Virus record (IMG/VR): IMGVR_UViG_3300032299_001001
Location: 46,434-66,433 of that record
Direction: 5' to 3' (one strand)
Length of the DNA stretch: 20,000 nucleotides
DNA from: an uncultured virus (IMG/VR IMGVR_UViG_3300032299_001001)
Taxonomy: Duplodnaviria > Heunggongvirae > Uroviricota > Caudoviricetes
The notes below the pieces were generated by a model. It did not search any database and was not told the DNA's origin. It saw only the letters and a list, made by a program, of their open reading frames with translations. Positions 14,790 to 20,000 of the stretch are shown here, in pieces (the stretch's first letter is position 1; the number at the start of each line of letters is the position of its first letter). A program made the position numbers and the translations under genes.

Positions 14790-16133
14790 TTAGGTGGTTA
14801 GCTGTTGGAGCAGCGTGTTGCTCAAGCGGCGGGGCCAGTAGGCGATCTTGCGGATGTGGCCGTTGTAGCCAAGAGATGGGCTTGATCCTACGCGCAGATG
14901 CGTAATTCCCGATGGGACGCTTCCTGCGGTGTCTGAAACAACTGAAGCCCCGTTGACAGACATAGAAAAGTCGTTGGCAGCGATTGTGGCCGCCTGCTTC
15001 ATCACGCTGCCGAGTGTGATGCTTCCAGCGTTGACGCTAGCTTGTGGGGCGCCGCCAGAATCCACATACAGCCTTACCTTGTCTGGAGATGTCTCCGTCA
15101 ATAATAAGACTTGGTTGAGCGCAAAATTTGCATCGAAGCTAACAAGAGCTTTGTTTCCAGCCTGCGAGAAAGTCTGGACAAACTCCGCAAACAACGTCCC
15201 CTCGCTCTGATTGTAGAACGAACTAATCGGCGTGACGACCGCCGAGTCCGCTGCGCGTGTAGCGGTGGCGGTGGTCGTCGGGATGTAGCTGGTGGGGAAG
15301 CCGCCTGCTTCTATTTGGGCGCCCCAGACGTAGAGGCCGGAGGTGCCGTCGCCTGCAAACGATGCAGCGCCTGACGCATTAAAGACGTAAACAAACATCC
15401 CATAGCTCGTCAGTGCGCTCACGGCTCCGGTAAGGTCAGCGCGATACCATCCATTGCCTACCGAAGTAATGTTTGCGGAAGCCACCGTAGCGCCTGTTCC
15501 GTATTCAGCCGCGCTGGTTGAAATGGTCCCATTGGACAAATTAACTCCTACTTGAAACGCCGTCGTTTCAAGAGCGTTTCCGCATCTTAAAAGAGCGAAG
15601 TTATAGCCCCCAGCCTTGAAATACACGCTTGCTGTGACTGTTGCTCCAGCGGCAACGGAGCCGCCAACTTGAGCCACGCGATGCGTAGAAACATTGCTTG
15701 TGGTTGGAATGACCAATTCGGCAGAAGTCGTTCCATCAGGAGCCGTGGTCGCGTTGGCAGAAACGGTGGCATCGCCTTTTACCCAGCTTGCATTATCCAA
15801 CTCCGCGCTCCGCACCAACAGATTCGTCCGCTGCTCCTCTATCAGTAACCCACGCGATGCACCAGTCACCGGATCGTGGTCGAAGCGCGGCGTGTCGTTG
15901 CTGGCCGTTTGCAGCACACCAGATGCGTCGAAGAAGGTGGCGTTGCTGGCGCGGGTGAAGGTGATCGCGGGCCCAATCCCGTGATTAAGCGTCTTATTAC
16001 TGACAAAATTCCGGTAGAATGAACCGAACATGAAATCCAAAGCCGGAGGCAAACCGCCCACAACTTTGGCCATTGAACGCTCCAAAGAGTCGCCGGCCAA
16101 CGCCGCGTTATTCTCTGGGAAATAGCTAGGCAT
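14790..16133 (-). CDS. Head-spike/fibre protein with carbohydrate-binding and concanavalin/LamG-like regions
   Basis: FTRASNATFFD..G...PRFDHDP.TG..GLLIEEQRTN and WGAQIEAG.FPTSYIPTT...TRAAD motifs. Likely start ATG 16133 (MPSYFPEN). Confidence 0.8.
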   Translation of the reverse strand: MPSYFPENNAALAGDSLERSMAKVVGGLPPALDFMFGSFYRNFVSNKTLNHGIGPAITFTRASNATFFDASGVLQTASNDTPRFDHDPVTGASRGLLIEEQRTNLLVRSAELDNASWVKGDATVSANATTAPDGTTSAELVIPTTSNVSTHRVAQVGGSVAAGATVTASVYFKAGGYNFALLRCGNALETTAFQVGVNLSNGTISTSAAEYGTGATVASANITSVGNGWYRADLTGAVSALTSYGMFVYVFNASGAASFAGDGTSGLYVWGAQIEAGGFPTSYIPTTTATATRAADSAVVTPISSFYNQSEGTLFAEFVQTFSQAGNKALVSFDANFALNQVLLLTETSPDKVRLYVDSGGAPQASVNAGSITLGSVMKQAATIAANDFSMSVNGASVVSDTAGSVPSGITHLRVGSSPSLGYNGHIRKIAYWPRRLSNTLLQQLTT

Positions 16134-16308
16134 TAAGCTCGTTGAGGGCGCTGACAAACTTGAACATCAGCGTCTCGTTGGAGTCGACCGGAAGCGGTGC
16201 ATAGGACCCGTTCAGCTTTTTGCTGACAAGCGACAGAGCTTTCTGCAAAAGCCGCTCGAAGCTGTCGCTCGGCAATGGGGTGTCACCTTCTGGAAAGTAT
16301 GATGGCAT
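16126..16308 (-). CDS. Small protein (60 aa) made of two copies of the shared docking motif
   Basis: Likely start ATG 16308 (MPSYFPEGDTPLPSDSFERLLQK...APLPVDSNETLMFK). The ORF-track start at 16395 overlaps terL. Confidence 0.7.
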   Translation of the reverse strand: MPSYFPEGDTPLPSDSFERLLQKALSLVSKKLNGSYAPLPVDSNETLMFKFVSALNELNA

Positions 16309-16317
16309 TAGGGTGTT

Positions 16318-16346
16318 ATGATACATCCTCAAAATGATTGGAGCAA
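16318..16346 (-). promoter_or_regulatory. Sigma70-like internal promoter
   Basis: TTGCTC (16346-16341), 17-nt spacer, TATCAT (16323-16318), 9 nt before ATG 16308. Confidence 0.5.
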
Positions 16347-18101
16347 CTGACCTGACCGCCGCGGGGCATACTTCGAAGTCATCGTCGACTTCCAACTGCT
16401 CATCCCGCGGCGACTCCCGCCCGTCTCTTGAGGAGGACGAAGCCCGAACCGCTCGCGGACAACATCGAGCATGACGAAGGCCGCGTCGGCTACGTCGGGC
16501 GATCGGCCGATCCTGGCTTTCATGTCGGTCTTACTCTCGACGACGACCTTCATCGATCCGGATTTGCGCGTGTCGTAGTTCCGGCTGGTCATCTCCCGAG
16601 CAAGATCCGGACCGATCCCTCTTAGTTGATTATTCTGCAAAAACTCCTTCGCCCCGAACCAAAGCTCGGTGACGCGGTTCACATACTTATCCTGGGCCGC
16701 AGTCGCATCGTAAGCCGAGAGTGAGCGCCCCGAGGGAGCCCCGCCGAAGTGGACCCGCAGAAACTCGTTGGACCCGCAGACCGTGGCCATCGCATCGCAG
16801 AAGGGCACACCGCCGCCCGTCACGTCGACCCCGATGTTGCGCCACGGCACCCCAGCTTTGACCACGATGTCTTTGATCTTCTTGGCGATCTGGAAGGTGC
16901 GCGGCTCGGGGTTGCTCGCCTCCTCGTCGAGGTAGTGGAACTCATCGAACGAAACCTGATCGACCCCATCTTTATTCTGGCCAAACGAGCCCAAATAAAT
17001 GACACACCTATCCCCGCCGCTCACAAAGGAGGGGTCGATGCCGACAATTCGTTCGACGCGGCCCCTCCACACGGGCTTCTGGTCGGCTTGGAAGCGAATG
17101 ATTTCGGCCTCGCTGTAGATCGCTTTGCTGACCGCCTGGGGTGGCCAGAACCCCCGATAGTCACGCCAAAAGATCGGATTGTCCTCGCCGAGTCGTTCAC
17201 GCGCCTCATCGATCTTCTCCCATCTCTGGATCGGCCATTTGTTCTCGCCGGCCAAGTAGTTCGGATTCTTGAGGGCATCGAGGTGCAGACAGACCCCACC
17301 CAGCTTCGTCTCCCACTTCTCATCATTGACCGTGATGCTCCCCCACCCGTTCGTCGGCTCGACGAAGCGCCCGAAGGGGTCGTAGTAGGAGACAGGGTTC
17401 GCCGCCGCGCAGATGTGGAGAAACGGGTTGTTCGAGAGGTTGGACATCGCCGTGTCGAGGAAGGCATGACCCAACTCACTCAACTCGTCGGCCGCGACGA
17501 TGACCCGCGGTGCCTTCATGCCTCGCATTTTGCCGGTCACCTCCGAGGTCTTTCGCGCCTCGGCCGGAATCAAGTAAACCCCGGCCTGCTCCATCCTCTC
17601 CCCGTTACGGATCGTGTAGATGGCCGGAGTCGGAGTATCGGCGAGCTTCCCTGGAGCCACGGGCTTGATGCACGGCCAATACCTCTGGATGGCTCCCCAG
17701 ACCCGCTTCTTGGCGTCACGAATGCTTGTGGACGTGACGAGCGAAAGCGTGTGGAACGGCGCAGCCATCCAATTCAGGAGAGCCCAGATCGCCATGAATT
17801 CCGACTTGCCGCTGCTCCCGCAGCCTGCGAAACCGACGAACTTGTTATGGCAACATTCGTAGAGCATATCGTCCGCCCAAGGGTGCCAGATAAAGTTCTC
17901 GGTTTTCTTATTGAAGAAAATCTGGGCCGCGTTTTTGAAGTGCTCTTCGATCGGCAACATCTCCGGCGACCGGCGGTCACGGTTCACGAAGCAGTAAAGC
18001 TCGATCGCCCAATCGGCCGTTCCAGGCACAAAATAGACCCCGTATTTCAGTCGGTAACCAACAGGAGGAGTCGTGGCATCGGAGGCAAAAATCGGGGTCA
18101 T
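16329..18101 (-). CDS. terL: Terminase large subunit
   Basis: Walker A GCGSSGKS, Walker B VIVAADE, coupling motif AANP, RNase H-like IVGIDPS...GD, C-terminal RSPDVADA. Confidence 0.92.
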   Translation of the reverse strand: MTPIFASDATTPPVGYRLKYGVYFVPGTADWAIELYCFVNRDRRSPEMLPIEEHFKNAAQIFFNKKTENFIWHPWADDMLYECCHNKFVGFAGCGSSGKSEFMAIWALLNWMAAPFHTLSLVTSTSIRDAKKRVWGAIQRYWPCIKPVAPGKLADTPTPAIYTIRNGERMEQAGVYLIPAEARKTSEVTGKMRGMKAPRVIVAADELSELGHAFLDTAMSNLSNNPFLHICAAANPVSYYDPFGRFVEPTNGWGSITVNDEKWETKLGGVCLHLDALKNPNYLAGENKWPIQRWEKIDEARERLGEDNPIFWRDYRGFWPPQAVSKAIYSEAEIIRFQADQKPVWRGRVERIVGIDPSFVSGGDRCVIYLGSFGQNKDGVDQVSFDEFHYLDEEASNPEPRTFQIAKKIKDIVVKAGVPWRNIGVDVTGGGVPFCDAMATVCGSNEFLRVHFGGAPSGRSLSAYDATAAQDKYVNRVTELWFGAKEFLQNNQLRGIGPDLAREMTSRNYDTRKSGSMKVVVESKTDMKARIGRSPDVADAAFVMLDVVRERFGLRPPQETGGSRRGMSSWKSTMTSKYAPRRSGQLLQSF

Positions 18102-18190
18102 TTTGGAAATTTTTCTGCTACAGAGTTATACAAGCGGACACAATCGTTTTTGATACTTCGCAGTCACCTCATTACCAACACTTTATGACA

Positions 18191-18220
18191 ACCGTAGCAT
18201 GGGTTCGAATTTACGGGTTT
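18191..18220. other. Candidate attP core with tRNA T-arm-like sequence
   Basis: ACCGTAGCATGGGTTCGAAT in the AT-rich terL-int intergenic region. No complete cloverleaf. Confidence 0.4.
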
Positions 18221-18360
18221 AGGGCATTATTTAACTTCTGTAAGTCACTCGACTTACTCTGTTCGCAGCGAAGTTACGCCTATTATCATTTTCGTTATTA
18301 TTATGCGCTTATGAATATTTTTGAACATTTTGACACAAAATCTGGTCACAATTAACAGCC

Positions 18361-19587
18361 ATGAAAATCGAAATTACTGACACCCGAAACGAGGGCGTTG
18401 TCGTCCGGCTCAATGGGGCCAAGGCGCACATCGCCAAGGTCCGCAATGGAGCTTACCGCCAGTTCCTCATCCGCTGGAAGGTAGGGCGGAAGACGATGAG
18501 GCGCGTCTTTGCCAAACGCGACAAAGCGATAGAGGAGGCTCAAAGGATCGTCACTGACTTGGCCAGCGCCCTCGGCGAGAGAACTACAATTCATCCGGAG
18601 GATAATCTATTCCTTCGCGAGTGCTTACGCAAAGCGGGCGGCAAAAGTCGCCTGCTTGAAGCCGTGGAACAATATGTCGCGAAGAACCCGATCGGGGCTG
18701 GTCGGAGGACAGTAAAAGAAGTGTCGGTCGAATTCGTCGAAGCGATGCGGGAGCGACAGAAATTGAAGGGGCTCTCGAAGTCCTACCTCAACGGGCTCTC
18801 GACCGATTCAAACCACATCCGGCGCTGGATCGGACACCGACAACTTAACAGTGTGACCCATGAGGAGTTCCAGGGCTACATCACCAAGGGCGAGTGGTCG
18901 CCATTCACTTACCGCAATCTGGTGCGCCATTGGCAGATGATGGAAAAGTTCGCCAAGAAAAAAGGCTACCTCGGTAAGGACGCCGACTCCATCACCGCGG
19001 ACCTGGCTCTCCCCTCCCTCGACCGCAGAGTGGTGCCGACCTTCAAGCCTTGGGAGCTTATGCACCTCCTCTTGATCGCCAAGCCGGACGAGATCCCCTA
19101 CATCGCGACGATGGCATTCGCCGGTTCGCGTCGAGCAGAGTTCCAGCGGATGACGGCGGCTCAACTCAAGTTCGATGAGCACCATGCGGTCATCGACGAG
19201 ACGATCGCCAAGACTGCGGCTCGCCGGACTCTGGACATCACCGACCAGATGAAAGCCTGGCTCGCAGTCGCCGAGATCCCCAAGGAGGGTCGCCTGACCA
19301 GCCACCGCCGGGTGGCGGCACTGAGCCGCAACAAGGCTCGGCTTTCAGCCGTCGGGGTTGAGTGGAAGAACAATGTGCTCCGGCACTCGTTCTGCACCTA
19401 CCACTATGCCAAATACCGCAACGCCAACGAGACCTCCTACCTCGCGGGTAACAGCCCGAAGACCTTGCAAAAGCACTACCGCGGCCTCGTAACCACTGCG
19501 GAAGCCGACGAGTGGTTTAATATCACACCGATAGTGGTGCGGGCTTACGCAGAAGAAAACGGCTTGTCCTCTTTAATAAAGTGGTGA
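18361..19587 (+). CDS. int: Tyrosine recombinase / phage integrase
   Basis: FAGSRRAE (R), IAKT (K), NVLRHSF, LAGNS and KHYR (Y nucleophile), with N-terminal arm-binding-like and SAM-like regions. Confidence 0.92.
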   Translation: MKIEITDTRNEGVVVRLNGAKAHIAKVRNGAYRQFLIRWKVGRKTMRRVFAKRDKAIEEAQRIVTDLASALGERTTIHPEDNLFLRECLRKAGGKSRLLEAVEQYVAKNPIGAGRRTVKEVSVEFVEAMRERQKLKGLSKSYLNGLSTDSNHIRRWIGHRQLNSVTHEEFQGYITKGEWSPFTYRNLVRHWQMMEKFAKKKGYLGKDADSITADLALPSLDRRVVPTFKPWELMHLLLIAKPDEIPYIATMAFAGSRRAEFQRMTAAQLKFDEHHAVIDETIAKTAARRTLDITDQMKAWLAVAEIPKEGRLTSHRRVAALSRNKARLSAVGVEWKNNVLRHSFCTYHYAKYRNANETSYLAGNSPKTLQKHYRGLVTTAEADEWFNITPIVVRAYAEENGLSSLIKW

Positions 19588-19640
19588 ACAACCACGCATG
19601 TTCGTTGTCGAACATAGAGAAAGAAAGAACCCAAATAACC

Positions 19641-19946
19641 ATGAGCACAACAAAACACGGTCGATTAAAGGCCGGCACTGAACGAGTGAGCTACGTAGAG
19701 AGTAAAAAGACCTCCTCTGCCCTGCGCCTTTTGGCCGCAGCCAAGCAGACGAATGTCAGTTCACTCATCCGCGAAGCGACCTCCGCCTACCTAGCCGCAG
19801 AAGACAAAGACGGGACGCTGTCCCGCGTTGCCGAGGAGTTAGCCGTCTACAAGGCCGACTCGAAGGAAGAACGCGCTGCCGACAGCCTCGATCCACAAAT
19901 GCAGAAAACCATAGCTGCCCTGCTCCGGAAACACCGGAAAGGATGA
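19641..19946 (+). CDS. Ribbon-helix-helix DNA-binding protein (CopG/Arc-like)
   Basis: Likely start ATG 19641. RVSYVE strand followed by helices ALRLLAAAKQTNVSSLIREATSAYL. Confidence 0.65.
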   Translation: MSTTKHGRLKAGTERVSYVESKKTSSALRLLAAAKQTNVSSLIREATSAYLAAEDKDGTLSRVAEELAVYKADSKEERAADSLDPQMQKTIAALLRKHRKG

Positions 19947-19952
19947 CGCGAT

Positions 19953-19984
19953 GCCGCGGGGTTCATTCCCCGCGGCTTCTTTTT
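19953..19984 (+). terminator. Rho-independent terminator of the int-RHH unit
   Basis: GCCGCGGGG-TTCATT-CCCCGCGGC, a 9-bp stem followed by TTCTTTTT. Confidence 0.85.
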
Positions 19985-20000
19985 GACCACAAGTCATAGG

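Larger units (their letters stand above)
1..18101 (-). mobile_element. Phage morphogenesis and lysis module of a temperate tailed phage (podovirus-like)
   Basis: Co-oriented, tightly packed genes with ATGA/TAATG overlaps: terminase, portal-like, scaffold-like, capsid-like, fibres, CHAP endolysin. A divergent tyrosine integrase is adjacent. Confidence 0.95.

Noticed and set aside
6411..16128. Genome-wide TAG recoding
   Set aside because: Genes are intact under the standard code and the few TAG stops fall at natural gene ends (one followed by TAA TAA).
16126..16165. Programmed frameshift fusing the 60-aa protein to the spike
   Set aside because: No slippery heptamer, and the spike has its own copy of the N-terminal motif with a coupled ATG.
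16749..18188. 479-aa plus-strand ORF
   Set aside because: Antisense shadow of terL.
18191..18220. Complete tRNA gene
   Set aside because: Only a T-arm-like fragment is present; no D-arm, anticodon arm or CCA could be built.

Overview
The window is part of a tailed dsDNA temperate phage genome with podovirus-like (P22/T7-type) head genes. The host is probably Verrucomicrobiota/PVC, inferred only from integrase style. Almost everything lies in one minus-strand morphogenesis unit. In transcription order: large terminase, a 60-aa protein, a head-spike/fibre protein and its small partner, two hypotheticals, a GT9-like glycosyltransferase, a PD-(D/E)XK nuclease, a GT-A-like protein, portal, small HNH, a 77-aa adaptor, a C1q-tipped fibre and its chaperone, a lysis cassette, a 95-aa protein, scaffold, major capsid, a 75-aa acidic protein, a short fibre and a tail nozzle-like protein cut by the window edge (missed by the ORF track). 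A tyrosine integrase and a ribbon-helix-helix protein are transcribed divergently, with a candidate attP between terL and int. The most notable signals are two short protein motifs reused in unrelated genes. An N-terminal MP[SA]Y[FY]PE...D..ER[SL][LM].K module occurs on three likely surface proteins. A scaffold-like C-terminal F-x-x-[AS]-[IV]-x-x-G-[LMI] helix occurs on three proteins. Also notable are two glycosyltransferase-like genes next to the portal and a structured capsid mRNA leader. All calls come from motif recognition and synteny; no database searches were run.
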